A program made the position numbers and the translations under genes. A stretch of DNA of 63,072 bases, filler included, from Reclinomonas americana ATCC 50394 (lineage: Eukaryota), in NCBI GenBank assembly GCA_048213135.1. It is 30 parts of 30 records of this genome, joined end to end, with 100 filler letters (N's around TTAATTAATTAA, not from the genome) between each part and the next. Parts side by side here need not be neighbours in the genome. Positions count along the whole stretch, not along the records: positions 45,848 to 47,919 come from AFZH01025039.1; positions 48,020 to 50,087 come from AFZH01025040.1; positions 50,188 to 52,254 come from AFZH01025041.1; positions 52,355 to 54,419 come from AFZH01025043.1; positions 54,520 to 56,583 come from AFZH01025044.1; positions 56,684 to 58,747 come from AFZH01025045.1; positions 58,848 to 60,910 come from AFZH01025046.1; 23 more parts are not named here. One strand, given 5' to 3'. The notes beneath the pieces were generated by a model, which saw nothing but the letters and a program-made list of their open reading frames with translations, had not been told where the DNA came from and searched no databases. Below are positions 47,764-60,259 of this stretch, in pieces. The first letter of the stretch is position 1, and each line of letters opens with the position of its first letter.

Positions 47764-47841
47764 TAGGTGCCAGTGTGTGTGTCCCCCCACACCACAAACA
47801 ACTTTTTTAGCCATAAAAAAATTTGTTTGTGGTGTGGGGTT

Positions 47842-47919
<78 letters not shown>

Positions 47920-48019
47920 NNNNNNNNNNNNNNNNNNNNNNNNNNNNNNNNNNNNNNNNNNNNTTAATTAATTAANNNNNNNNNNNNNNNNNNNNNNNNN
48001 NNNNNNNNNNNNNNNNNNN

Positions 48020-50087
48020 GGCGGAATGGTGGCGCCGATTGTGATGGTGACGAGTCGGTATGTTCGAGTAGCAGATGAGATTCGTGACTCGATGATGCAC
48101 GAGGCGGAGGTGGAGTGTGTGCGAGTGGAGAGCGTGGAGAACGAGGATATTGAGCAGCTGGTAGAGGAGCGACTGCTCCACAAAGTGTCGCTGGATGTGC
48201 GACGACGGATTGTGCAGGCGCTGGAGAGTGGACAGCAGGAGAAAAGTGCACTGCGAGTGAGTGCGTGTGTTGGGTGAGTGAATGAGTGTGAGTGAGTGTT
48301 GCAGATGAAATGACTTACTCTTCTCTCTCCTTCTCTTCTCTGGCATACAGCTGGTTGCTGTCACAGTCTACTGCACAGCTGGTGGGACCGCGACTGGAGG
48401 AGGTGCTGAGTGGCGTTGGTGGAGATGCACTGTCGAAGCTACTGGAACGCAATGTGATGTCGCAGACCGCAGCTGCACGTCGTCTATTGTTGCTGATTAC
48501 GGCGTGCAAGGAGCTCGGCTTGCCAGTGACGCTGGCATTTGCGCGAGTGGCACTGGGTGTGTTGCGAGTGATTCCCGACATGGCGGTGACTGTGGGTGGT
48601 GATGATGAAGATGAGGATGCGGCAAGTTGGCTGGTGGAGTTGGGTCATTGTGTGCGTCGACTGCGACTGCATGCACTGGCACGGGAGAGACGACTGCGTG
48701 CGCCTGAGGTGGTCGGCGACCGACTGCAGTTTGACGAGATGAGTGTGGAGGAGGAGCAGCGAGTGCGTGCACGGAGAGATGAGTTGGTGTGTGATGGTGA
48801 TGACGACGGCAGAGTGGAGGATGTGTTGGAGGGACTGTGTATTTTGAATTTGGTGACGGTGGGTGCCAGTGGCAGCATAGACAGTGTGGCTCGTGTGCTG
48901 TGTGGTCAAAGGGTGGGGAAATGTGAAGAGGGGGTGGAGTATCGAGTGCACGATGAGATTTCTGGGTGGATTGTGCGACGGTGTGGCGATTCAGTGTCAC
49001 GGGCACAGCGACTGATTGTGCGACTGGTGTGTTGTGTGCTGACTGGCATTGACTTGCAGAATGACAGCGATGGTGTGCTGTTGGTGTCGCGAGACTTGCT
49101 CGGTGTGCTTCACACAGTGTGGCGACGGTTGGGTGAGGACGATGGCATGTGGGCGAGTGATGCAGTTGGTGTGTACGGGCTACTGGCGCAGTGTGGGGCG
49201 GTGGAGTGGATTGCTGAGCTGTGTGTAAGAGGCAAACTGCCTTTAGTCGAATTCGACGAATCTGTCGCCTCGTCGCTTGCACGACGCGTGACGGAGTGTG
49301 ACGGTCGAGGTGGTGTTGGTACTGAAGCAAGTCTAGTTCACCGACGACGGTTCGCCATTGCGGCAGCACAATGCCAAGGGTGGTTGCATTTTTTCCTCCG
49401 TCAGTTGGATGCACGCAACGCAGCGTCTGGGCAGGCGTGGTGTTTGTGCGAGGAGTGGGAGAAGGATGGCAGCGACGAGATGACAGTGTTGGATAGAATT
49501 GACGCGTTCCGCTGCTTGGCGCAGTTTGCGTACTTCTCCGGCGACTTGCCACTCCTAGCGCATTGTCACGAGAGGCAGTGCGTGACATTTGGTGAGAGTT
49601 GCGCGGACTCAGTAACAACACTGCACTACCAGGCGAAGCATCACTCGCGTCTGCGACAGCACGCTGCAGCTGAGCGACTTCTTCGACGGTGTTGGGAAAT
49701 GCGACAATCGATTCTTGGCGCACAACATCTGTACACGTTGGCAACCATGGGAAACCTTGCCGCATGTATGCGAGACAGCGGTCGGCTTGGTGAGGCTGTT
49801 GAGCTGGAGCAAGAGTGTTTGCGACTAAAGCGAGCAGTGTTGGGCGATCAGCATCCGGAGACGCTGATGTCGATGAACAATCTTGCGTTGTCTCTTCGCG
49901 AACAGGGTACGCCAGCCTCGCTGGCGGCTGCTGCTGATTTGTATCGTGTGTGCCTGAATGGACGGCGGGAGGTGCTGGGTGGTAGGCACCACGACACGTT
50001 GTTGACGATGCTCAACTTTGGCAATCTGCTCGTGGAGCAGCAACGATGGGCCGAGGCAGAGGCACTGTTGGTGGAGTGTGTGGATGG
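48020..50087 (+). CDS. Protein with C-terminal kinesin-light-chain-type TPR repeats (fragment)
   Basis: LG..H..TL..M.NLA repeats: LGAQHLYTLATMGNLA, LGDQHPETLMSMNNLA, LGGRHHDTLLTMLNFG. Confidence 0.88.
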
Positions 50088-50187
50088 NNNNNNNNNNNNN
50101 NNNNNNNNNNNNNNNNNNNNNNNNNNNNNNNTTAATTAATTAANNNNNNNNNNNNNNNNNNNNNNNNNNNNNNNNNNNNNNNNNNNN

Positions 50188-50304
50188 ACCAGGGGGAAGG
50201 ACCAGGGGGAAGGACCAGGGGGAAGGACCAGGGGGAAGGACCAGGGGGAAGGACCAGGGGGAAGGACCAGGGGGAAGGACCAGGGGGAAGGACCAGGGGG
50301 AAGG
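50188..50304. repeat. Perfect 13-bp tandem repeat (ACCAGGGGGAAGG) x9, truncated at the contig edge
   Basis: Units start at 50188, 50201, 50214 ... 50292. Confidence 0.95.
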
Positions 50305-50719
50305 GAGAAGGGGAAAGGAGAAGGGGGAAGAGAAGGGAGAAAGGAGAAAGGGGCAGGAGAGTGAAGAGGAGAAGAGGGAAGGAAGAAAATAAAGAGGCGA
50401 CAAAGGAGAGGAAGCGTAGCGAGAACACTGAAAGAGTAAGGTGAGAAACGAGAAGTGGGGAACGAGAGACGGCAAAGACGAGCGGGTGGCAGATGGAGAG
50501 ACGGGGTACAAGGAAAGAGAGGCAAACCAGCACTCAAGTGGAAGACCAGTTGGAGGATGAGAGAGACGCAACATGAAGGGAGCTGGCGGTTCGCCTTTGC
50601 GTGTTGAATACATGGAAGCGTGCGAATACATGGGAGGCATTGGGAACCGGTGAGAGTACTGCGACGTGGGTGTGTGAGACAAGACATATCACTCAGAGGC
50701 AGACACAGGCAGGCAGACG

Positions 50720-51271
50720 TACCGCCGCCGGGAGTGGCAGTCGTCCAGCTTAGAGAATTCATGAGGCCGACTTGCAGCACCTGCATGGCGTCCTCGAACG
50801 ACACCACGTCGACGGTGGCATACGGCGAGCGCGTCGATGCGTATTTGTTGTCTGCATGCAGTTAGTCGGTGAGAGTCAAACGTACACACACAGGACTGCG
50901 GTATAAGAGCAAAACACACCGGCAATGCGCAGCAAATCGCGAGAGGCCGTGCCGGTCAGTTCCCAGATCGACAGTGCAAACGAGTAATCCATGGCTGTGG
51001 AGTCGGGTGTCAGACGAAATGAAATCGTGGAGATGCATGACAACATTGCACGCACCATCACTCCGTTCCAAGACCTCGCTGAACGCGGCACGAATCATGG
51101 ATGGCACAATGGCCTCGGTGCTGAAGCGGTCGTGCGAGTCGCAGAAGAGTGCCACCGATTTGCCAGAGCCTGTGTCGAACGGAAGGAGAAGGGGGTGAGA
51201 AATAAGAGGGTGACGAGGAAAAGAAGAAGACGATGATGAGAGGAGGGAGTGGGAGCGCCCAGCGCAGAGAA

Positions 51272-51303
<32 letters not shown>

Positions 51304-51850
51304 AGGAGAGAGTAGGAAAAGGAGAGGGAGAGGGAGAGGGCGAGGGAGAGACAAAGAGACTGAGAGAGAGAGAGAGAGCATAAGCGAGCGGAAAGGAGGA
51401 AGCGAACGATTGTGCAAGTGAGTGAGGAAGTAAGAGAGTGAGCAAGAGAGGCAAGGTGCGAACGGAGGCGGAGGGAGACATGTAGTACACTGTCTCTACG
51501 TGTGCACCTCCCCCCCTCTCTCCCTCTCCGACTCACCAGCAAGCCCGTAGCTGATCACCGAGCAGTTGAAACCCTCGAGCAGCCACGCGACGACCGGGTC
51601 GCACAGCACCTGCGAGAGCACCACAGCGTCCGTGTCCACCGGCAGCGCAAAGTCCACAGTGAAGTCGCGGGTGGTCGAGGTGCGTGTGTCGCTGCAGGGG
51701 AAGGAGGGAGGAGGGAGGAGTGAGAATTCGATGAAAGCGGGGGTCGTGAGTGACACGGAGTGCGGCGAGGTAAGTGCGGTGTGGGAGTCAGTGTGCGAGA
51801 GTGCAGCGAGAGCGCTGAGTAAATGTGAGTGAATGGACGAGTCCATGAGC
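50720..51850 (-). CDS. Divergent kinesin-like motor domain, N-terminal exons
   Basis: FTVDFAL..LCDPVVAWLLEGFNCSVISYGLAG|SGKS (P-loop split by a phase-1 intron); later exon V.SFEDAMQVLQVG. Confidence 0.75.
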
Positions 51851-52354
51851 GGGAAGAGCGGAGAGGGGTGGAAGAGAGAGAGTGCAGAGAAGACAGGAGA
51901 GGGAGGGAGGGGGGAAAGAGGGAGAGCAATTGAGGCAGGGTCACGAGTGTGAGAGGGAGGGGGGTGGGACGAGGGAGGCGTCACTGAATTGTGCATTGCA
52001 ACAAGTGAGCGATCAAGTGTTGAGGAGTATGTGTGAGAGAATGGAGGGAGTGAGAGAACGGAATGCAAGTCAATGAGCATGTAAAGAGTGCCCTAGAGGA
52101 GTGCAGAAGAAGAGAGCGATTGAGCAGGGTGCAAGTCAGCGAGCATGTGAGCATAACAGAGTGGAGAACGGAATGCAGTCAGCGTCAGAGCGAAGAGTGC
52201 CAAAAAGGAGTGTGCAAGAGAGTGAGATTGCAGGGTGCAAGTCAATGAGCATGTNNNNNNNNNNNNNNNNNNNNNNNNNNNNNNNNNNNNNNNNNNNNTT
52301 AATTAATTAANNNNNNNNNNNNNNNNNNNNNNNNNNNNNNNNNNNNNNNNNNNN

Positions 52355-52700
52355 TGGGTGGAGAGTGGCCAGTGACAGCATCTGCAACGTCTTGCCCAAG
52401 CCCATGTCATCCGCCAGCACACCACCACACACAAACTCATTGTGACGCTCCTGATTCTCCATCCACGCAATGCCGCGCAGCTGCACAGAGGCTGCGCGTG
52501 AGCATGCAACACAATGATGGCACGGACTATGCCACCGACCTGGTGAGGGTACAGCTCACAGTCGGGTTGCATGCCAGCGCCCCACAAGCGCTCCTGCAAA
52601 AGGCGCTGCTCGGGAGTCAACATGTCGGGAGATGCAGCTGCAGCAGCAGACGACGCCTGAGCAGAGACAGCATGGTGAGCAGCACAGAATGCAAGCAATG
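52355..52700 (-). CDS. SNF2-family helicase (RAD5/RAD16/TTF2-like), N-terminal exons; start uncertain
   Basis: Spliced [33 protein letters not shown]. Confidence 0.88.
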
Positions 52701-53033
52701 GAGGCGGAGGGCAGGCACTGACGCAGCACCATCTCTCACTCGATCCGAACTCGACGCGACACAATAAGTGCGACTTGTCCCGTCGGCCGGATTTCGACAG
52801 GTTGGCGATTCGCGTGCAACACTTGTCCTTCAGCTGCAGTTAGCGAGATTTTAAGCGACCGCTGCCATCTTGCCGTCCACCTTCACTCCCCCCTCGCAGC
52901 ACCACCACCTCCTCCACGTATTTCCGATGAACGAAAACTGAAAAATAAAACGATAAATTTCGGACAGAGTGATTGGAGCTTTGCACGAGAGAACGCAACT
53001 CACGCACACCACGGAACACACACACACTCAACG

Positions 53034-53466
53034 ATGGGTTGCAAGCCAACAAAAGCCGAGGTGCACGACAAGCGGATGGAGGATCTGGGCAACACAAAGA
53101 AGCAGGTGATTGTTTTGTGTGCGCACGCGACCACTGTACTACACCACCACTGATTATTGACAATCCCGTTTCGATATCGGTCGCGATCGGCAGATCTTCC
53201 AGCAAGCCATGACCTTCCTCGACACTCCCGAGCAGCGTGCCAAACACAAGGAGCGAATGAAGACCGCCGCCAAGGAGATGGGCGCACTCAGCAACAACGG
53301 AACACCGTCGGGCGACAACAAACCGCAACACATGAAGAGCAAGAGCGTCGAGCTGGCCTCGGTGATCTCTGTGGCCCTGGACGGAACCATGCCGGTCAAG
53401 AAGAAGACGTCGGACGAGAAGCTGAAGAGCTGCGGTGGCGGCGGGAACTTCTTGCAACCAAAGACG
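53034..53466 (+). CDS. Small protein with an N-terminal MGC dual-acylation motif; exons 53034-53105 and 53194-53466, last exon unresolved
   Basis: MGCKPTKAEVHDKRMEDLGNTKKQ|IFQQAMTFLDTPEQR.. joined in frame by a GT-AG intron. Confidence 0.65.
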
Positions 53467-53902
53467 GTGAGTGGTGGTCCTTGTCAAACGCCTATCAATA
53501 CGTATTTCTTTTCGTTTTGTGCGTTCGTGCGTGTGTATGTATGTTTGTTTGTTTGCCCATGGCTTGTTTGTACTGTGCCTGCCCGACAGAGTGCACTGAT
53601 AATGGCCGGAAGTGTCAAGTCGCGCGAGGCGCAGTGAGACTTATCGAGTGTCTGCCATCTGTCAGGTTGAAAATCAAGGCGCCCGTCTCCTGTCTGTCTC
53701 CGAACCAAGGCGACGCGGCCACCGAGACCGATACATGGACGGCAATGCGGTGGCGCGTGCAGGCTGAGCGGGAACTGTGTTGTACTGTACCATAATAAGA
53801 GTTGTTGTAAAAAATAATCACGAATCACATCCGGTTTCACAAGTCCTCTCGGAGTGGTACACAAACACAGTGACTCCGAGGAGCATTCTCTACCGCGCCT
53901 AC

Positions 53903-54419
53903 TCATGGTTGCTTCAGCTTTTGTGTGAGCTCCGGCACCGCCTTGAACAGATCCGCCACCAGACCGTAGTCGGCCACCTGGAAAATCGGAGCCTCTGCAT
54001 CCTTGTTGATGGCCACAATCGTCTTCGAGTCCTTCATGCCGGCGAGGTGCTATGGTACGAGGCACATGAGCTCCTTCTTTCTCGGCAACTGGGAACAATA
54101 AAAAAACAAAACCGAAAGAGTCACCTGAATGGCACCAGAGATGCCGACAGCAATGTACAGCGTCGGCGCCACGACCTTGCCCGTCTGGCCGACCTGGTAG
54201 TCGTTTGGTGCGTAGCCGGCGTCGACAGCCGCCCGCGAGGCGCCCACCGCACCGCCCAGTGCGTCGGCCAGCTGGTCAATCAACACAAAGTTCTCCTTGC
54301 TCTTCACACCGCGGCCGCCGCTGACCACAATGTTGGCCGTGGCCAGCTCCGGTCGATCGCTCTTGGTGATCTCTGCCGAAATCCACGTCGACGACACAGA
54401 CGCCTTCGGGAAGTCGCCG
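53903..54419 (-). CDS. ETFA: Electron transfer flavoprotein alpha subunit, C-terminal part; intron 54050-54124
   Basis: [66 protein letters not shown]. Confidence 0.96.
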
Positions 54420-54519
54420 NNNNNNNNNNNNNNNNNNNNNNNNNNNNNNNNNNNNNNNNNNNNTTAATTAATTAANNNNNNNNNNNNNNNNNNNNNNNNN
54501 NNNNNNNNNNNNNNNNNNN

Positions 54520-56110
54520 CCTCTGCCTCCACGTACTCCTCGTCGGAGGCCAACTCCCCGTACTCGTCCTGATCCTCGTCGTAGCCGACTTGGATAGACG
54601 GATCGAATTTGACGCGTCGCGAGCGGCCCGCTACACGAGTCTTGTCGCGACGGAAGCGGAAGTTGGTGATTGTGGTGGGCACTGGATCGAGTGGGCTCTG
54701 CAGGCGAATATGTTTTTGTGTCTGTTAATAACAAGAGACTGGCAGACAAGCAGGCAAACAAGCGAGCGCGCACCTTGATCTGCTGGCGGAGGGCCGAAAT
54801 CCAACTGTTGATGCCCGACCCATCGCCCACACGCTCAAACATGACAAACTCGCGACCGAGTTCATCGCGAATGCACATGCCGTTGCGGAAGTGCGACTCG
54901 GAACTCCACAGATCCACACGACAGCGCACCAGCGGAATGGTGCCCTTGTAAATGCCCTGTGTGCACAAAGTCTCGTGTGGGTAACGACAACAACGACGGT
55001 GGTGGTGGTGGTGGAGGTGAAGTCGACGTACCCGCTCATCCTCGTAAAAGTGCAGGTTGCTGCCCATGAGCACAAACCAGCGATGCAGCCCCGATTCTTT
55101 CTTGATGAGGAAGCCCATCTTGAGTGCGGCCAGTGGAACCTCTTCCAGTGACGCAAATCGCTTCATGCGTTCCTGGTGTTGTTCCTCCGACTCCTGCTCA
55201 CGAGAGACGCCCACGGTGAGAACGCCGTGCATTCCCTTTTGCAGAAGAAGTGCGCTGAGACAACGCACCAGTGCCTCCTGCTGGCGCACAATGGCCGTGA
55301 TCCACTGCTGAACGCCCACATCACTGCGCGAGTCCTCAAACGCATACAGCGGCCGCGTGGGCGACACATGCACCACCATGCAGTTCGGTCGCACCACTGC
55401 CCTCTGCACCGGGCACCCCAGAATGTCCACGAATCCCGACGGCACCGTCGACTGCCACGAATGAAAAGACGAGTATGAGAGAGAGCCGCCAACTCATTAC
55501 CGCAGTGAACACGTACCGACTGCGACTTGTAATAGGCCAACCGTTCACCACGCAGCACAAACCATCGCTTCTTCCACTTTTTCGACGAGTGGCCTGTGTG
55601 ATACCAGCACGAGCGAGCGTGTGTGTGTGAGAGAGAGCGAGTAAAACGAATTTGAGCGACAGCACTCCAGCGCACCCTGCTTGATCAGAAAGCCCTGCTT
55701 GACCACAGGCACACGCTGCGCAACAACACGCATGTCGCGTGAGCAACATGACGCCTCTCTCTCCCTCCCTCACACAGTCTCTCTGTGTGCGTGACTCACC
55801 TTCAGATGATCATCTCCCATTGCGGATCCATTCTGCTGCTGTGCATGATGATGATGATGCTGCTGTTGCGCATGATGATACTGCTGCTGCTGTTGCTGCT
55901 GCCCTCCTGACACAACAAAGGACGATGGCATGAGGGCGGGCGGGTGGTGCAATCCATGATGGTGGTCCATTGAAGAAGATGAGGAGGGCGGTGGGAGCGC
56001 AGGGCTTGCACTGCTCGACTCCTCATCGTCGTCATCATCCTCGTCGCTACTCGACTGATGATGAATGTAGTGCGCAGAGCGGGGAGGCGCTGGATGGCCG
56101 TTCATCTACC
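54520..56110 (-). CDS. Tandem PH-domain protein, multi-exon fragment
   Basis: VVKQGFLIKQG|HSSKKWKKRWFVLRG..LAYYK; LKMGFLIKK...RWFVL..L.FY; QWITAI and SWISAL helices. Confidence 0.88.
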
Positions 56111-56683
56111 GCAACACACGCACGCACACGCACGCACTCGGCACTCTCTCTCTCTCTTGGCTGTCAATGTCTGGTCGTGTGTACTGTCTTGCTTGCCACA
56201 CGCAGCGCGCAATGAAGAAGAACAACAGAGTGTGATCGCGCTGTGATCGGTCGGCGGTGGTGTGAGTCACAGCGTCGGTCGTGCAATTCGCGCGCGCGCA
56301 AACCGTTGTCGAATGCGAAGTTCTTTTGAGTGGAAACGTGCGCGCGCGTGCGAGTTGTCTTTCGGCTCTTCAATTCCCATGTGCCCCTCCGCTTGCTGCA
56401 TTCACGCAGCTCGTTGTTGGCGATCGCGATGAAAAACGAACGCGCGACGTTGCTGACACCGGCACCTGTGCATGCACGCAGGCGCGCACCTAATCGCACG
56501 TGCCCATTTGCAACTGTGCGCCTTACTGCACTTGCACAGGATGCATGCATGCGCAACGTCGACAACTGGTCCTATCCTGTTCGNNNNNNNNNNNNNNNNN
56601 NNNNNNNNNNNNNNNNNNNNNNNNNNNTTAATTAATTAANNNNNNNNNNNNNNNNNNNNNNNNNNNNNNNNNNNNNNNNNNNN

Positions 56684-58600
56684 AGCGCAGTTGAAGGACG
56701 CAGCGGCGGCCGCGGCCAAGGCGTTGTCGGGAGCGGGAGTGCCACCGCCACCGCCGCCACCGCCACAGCAGCAGCAGCAACAGCAGCAGCAGTCGGGGAT
56801 GATGATGGCGCCGTCGCGTTTGGGACCGTCGCCGCTGCAGACGTTGACGTACATTGATCGCAGAACAACCATTTTTCTCGGCAAGTTGCCGCCGACGCTG
56901 GATAGTGATACTGTGCGTGCGCTGCTGGCCACGTGTGGACGTCTGCTGGCGTGGAAGCCGTCGATGCAGCCGGGGCAGCCGGCCAAGTTTGGTTTCGCCG
57001 AGTTTGACAGTGCCGAGGCGGTGTTGATGGCGCTAAAGGTGTTGAATTCGCTGGAGGTGGACGGATCGCCGCTGCTGGTCAAGGTCGACAAGGAGACCGA
57101 CAAGTTCCTCGATCACTACCGTGCCAAGAAGGAGGAGATCTTGGTGGCTAGTCGACCGTTGCGTCCGTGCAGCGTTCCTCTCCTCCCTCTCCCTGTCCCT
57201 CTTCCTCACAAACGTGCGTGCTGCAGTAAGGACGTGGCCGGCGATGAAGAGGGAGCGCTGTCGCCTCTGGAGCAAGCCGAGGCCGACAAGGAGCGACGAG
57301 TGCGGGAGCTGGTGCAGAACTTGCTGATCTCTCGGTGAGTCGTGTGTGTTCCAGCGCACTGCGCACTGCCTCTGCCCCAGCCGCTAACATTCGTAATCGG
57401 TCAGTGCCCGTGCCGACCCCTTGGGCGTGGGTGCATTGGACGTGGATGATGACGAGTTTCGTTTCTCTCTCTCTCTCTCCCTCCCTCCACTCTTCTTCGC
57501 CTCTGACACGCTTTCTGTGATGCAGTAAGCTGATGGAGATCTTGCGCAACAATGGCGAGGCCGATGTGCCCGAAGACATGCTCAAGTTCCGCTTGCAGGC
57601 ATTGCGTGAGAAGCGCCGACAGGAACGCGACAAGGAGGACCGACAGCGAGATCGTGAACGCGAGTATCGTCGCCGCAAGGTTCATCCGTGTTGTCAGAGA
57701 GGTGATTCTCGGTTTGTGCTCACCCCCGTGAGTTGTTGGCGTGCGCAGGAAGAGGAAGAGCGACGGCAGCGAGAGAGGGAACGCGAGCAGGAGCGCGAGC
57801 GAGATCGCGACCACGAACGGCGACTGGAGGGTGTCGGCCGCCGTCCTCCCTCACCGCCGCCACCACCACCACGTGACGATCATCACCGCTCACGCGACCG
57901 TGGTGATCGTGGTGGTGATCGGCATCGTGACCGTGAATACGACCGTGACTATGATCGGTGTGTCACGAGCACCACCTCCTTTCTTTGTTATTTCTCCCTC
58001 TAGTCGCTGACAACATACGCCACAACAGGAAACGACGGCACCGATCGTCGTCGTCTGGCAGCGAGTCAGGCAGCGATCGTGACGAGCGTGAACGCAAGCG
58101 TCGACGTGGTGACGACCGGTCGTCCGGCGCGCCACCACCACCACCACCGCCTGCGTCCCCACCCAAGGTTCGGGAGTTTCCCCCTTTCGGCGACCTCTCT
58201 CTCGTTGCCTGTTTCATTGATTTTGTGTGTGTGTCTCCTAACCGCAGGATGTCAAGTTGCGCCTGGTGCCAGCTGCCGCTGCGCCCGGCAAGACAAGCAT
58301 CAGCTTTGGCGGTGCGGCACCAGTCGCGACAGCGGCTGCCGCAGTGCCGCCATCGGGTGCATCCATCTTCGGTAGTGCCGACGATGAGGAGGACGGCGCC
58401 GGCAGCCGCCGCCTCATGCTGCCACGCATCTCTCGCGAAGACCGTGAAGCCGAGGTGTGTCTCAGCCACTTAATCACCACCATCGTCTCGTCACTCACCT
58501 GGTTTTGTGTTTGTGTCTCTCTCTGCTAGGACCGTCGCAATCGCGAAGCCATTGAGGCCGCGAAGCGTGCTGCATCGAGCATTGGTCGCGGTGGTGGAGC
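56684..58600 (+). CDS. RBM25: RBM25/Snu71-like splicing factor (RRM plus RE/RD-rich region), fragment
   Basis: TIFLGKL..LLATCG.LLAWK..KFGFAEF..AV.MALKVLN....DG..LLVKVD..T..FLDHY; RDRERE repeats. Confidence 0.85.
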
Positions 58601-58847
58601 CGTGGATGCGCAGGTTCGTGCACAATTTCTCTCTCTCGCTTTTTTGTTCAGTGAGTGGTAGTGAGGAGGAACCATGCACCGAGCACTGTCGCGACCAACC
58701 CCAAAGTACGGTTGGCGTGCACGACAGGTACGTAATGCTTGTGTGTGNNNNNNNNNNNNNNNNNNNNNNNNNNNNNNNNNNNNNNNNNNNNTTAATTAAT
58801 TAANNNNNNNNNNNNNNNNNNNNNNNNNNNNNNNNNNNNNNNNNNNN

Positions 58848-59001
58848 ACACTTGTTCGCCACTGACGAGTGACCACACGCGCACAGTCTTGTCCCAGCCC
58901 GTGCTGACGATCGAGAGGCCGTCGCGGGTGACTGCGAGAGACATTACCGCGTGGGTGTGCCCGTTGAGGGTGCGAGAGTGGCAGAAGGGTGCGCTCAACA
59001 T
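58848..59001 (-). CDS. Start of a second tandem WD40 paralog (3' truncated)
   Basis: MLSAPFCHSRTLNGHTHAVMSLAVTRDG..DKTVRVWSL, nearly identical to the neighbour's N-terminus. Confidence 0.85.
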
Positions 59002-59170
59002 GCGACTCGAGATGATTGAAGGAAGAGCGGACGGGGACAACTCTCTAACTTCCTGGCATTACACTCCACAAGCAGACACCCTCGGCAGAACGGCGGGCTA
59101 TAGATGAAACTAGCTTGGAAACACTGCATTCATTCCTCAGCAGTTGATCACCAAACTGGTGCTGGTCCAA

Positions 59171-60259
59171 TCACCTCCGCCAGCACATCAACGGATTGGC
59201 GAGGCAGCGATGCAGCACCACGTCGGCCTCCTCGACAAGGAAACACCGCAGCACGATCTCTGCCAAACAGCGCCGACACCACTCCTCGTCTTCCACCTCG
59301 CGCTGCAGCTCTTGAACGGCGTGCATGGCGAGGCGGGCGATGCGCGCTTCGGCAAGCGCCAGGCCACTCGGCGTCGACCAGACGCGAAGCGTGTTGTGTA
59401 TATCGCCGACTACAACGCACTCTCCGTGCGCAGCCACGGCGACACACGACGTCAGAGATGAATGCCCGTCAATCTGCCGCACGAGTTCCCCGCTCTCCCG
59501 CGACCACACGCGCACCGGGCTCCCTCCATCGGCGCTGAGAATGTGTTGGCTATCGGGCGTGATGACGAGAACTCGCACTCCAGCACCGTGACCCTTCAAG
59601 CGCCACACTAAGTCGCCAGTTGCCAGCGACACGAGTCGCAGCGTCTTGTCATGCGCTGCACACACCACGTGCTGGCTGTCGGGCGTGACGGCAATGGCGG
59701 TGATCCGGTCTCTGGGTCCTCCAAACCGCCTCACCTTCTCTCCACTCGCCAGTGACCACACTCGCACGGTCCGGTCCGTACTTCCGCTCACCACGTGCTG
59801 CCCGTGGGCAGTGACAGCGAGAGACCACACCCCGTCGGTGTGCCCCTCCAACTGTCGCACCTGTTCTCCACTCGCCAGCGACCACACCCGCACGGTGTTG
59901 TCCTCACCACCGCTCACAATGTGCTGCCCATCGGGAGTGACAGCAACAGTCAGCACCGCTGCATCATGCCCATCCAATCGTCGCACCTCCTCTCCACTGG
60001 CCAGTGACCACACGCGCACAGTCTTGTCACGACTTCCGCTCACTGCATGCTGACTGTCGGGAGTGGTGGCGACAGACCACACCCACCCGCTGTGTCCCTC
60101 CATTGTGTGCACTGCTCTTTCGTTCATCCACACGCGCACAGTCCTGTCTGCGCTCCCACTCACGATGAGCTCGCCATTGGGAGTGACGGCGACAGAGAGC
60201 ACCATGTGCGTGTGTCCCTGGAGGGTGCGAGAGTGGCAGAAGGGTGCGGTGGTTGACAT
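59171..60259 (-). CDS. Intronless WD40-repeat protein (about 7 blades) with a short helical C-terminal extension
   Basis: MSTTAPFCHSRTLQGHT..; repeats GH...V.SVAVTPDG.H.VSGS.D.TVRVWSLASGE. Confidence 0.93.
   Translation of the reverse strand: MSTTAPFCHSRTLQGHTHMVLSVAVTPNGELIVSGSADRTVRVWMNERAVHTMEGHSGWVWSVATTPDSQHAVSGSRDKTVRVWSLASGEEVRRLDGHDAAVLTVAVTPDGQHIVSGGEDNTVRVWSLASGEQVRQLEGHTDGVWSLAVTAHGQHVVSGSTDRTVRVWSLASGEKVRRFGGPRDRITAIAVTPDSQHVVCAAHDKTLRLVSLATGDLVWRLKGHGAGVRVLVITPDSQHILSADGGSPVRVWSRESGELVRQIDGHSSLTSCVAVAAHGECVVVGDIHNTLRVWSTPSGLALAEARIARLAMHAVQELQREVEDEEWCRRCLAEIVLRCFLVEEADVVLHRCLANPLMCWRR

Noticed and set aside
50188..50304. Telomeric repeat
   Set aside because: The G-rich strand points away from the contig end, and the array appears to sit inside a gene.
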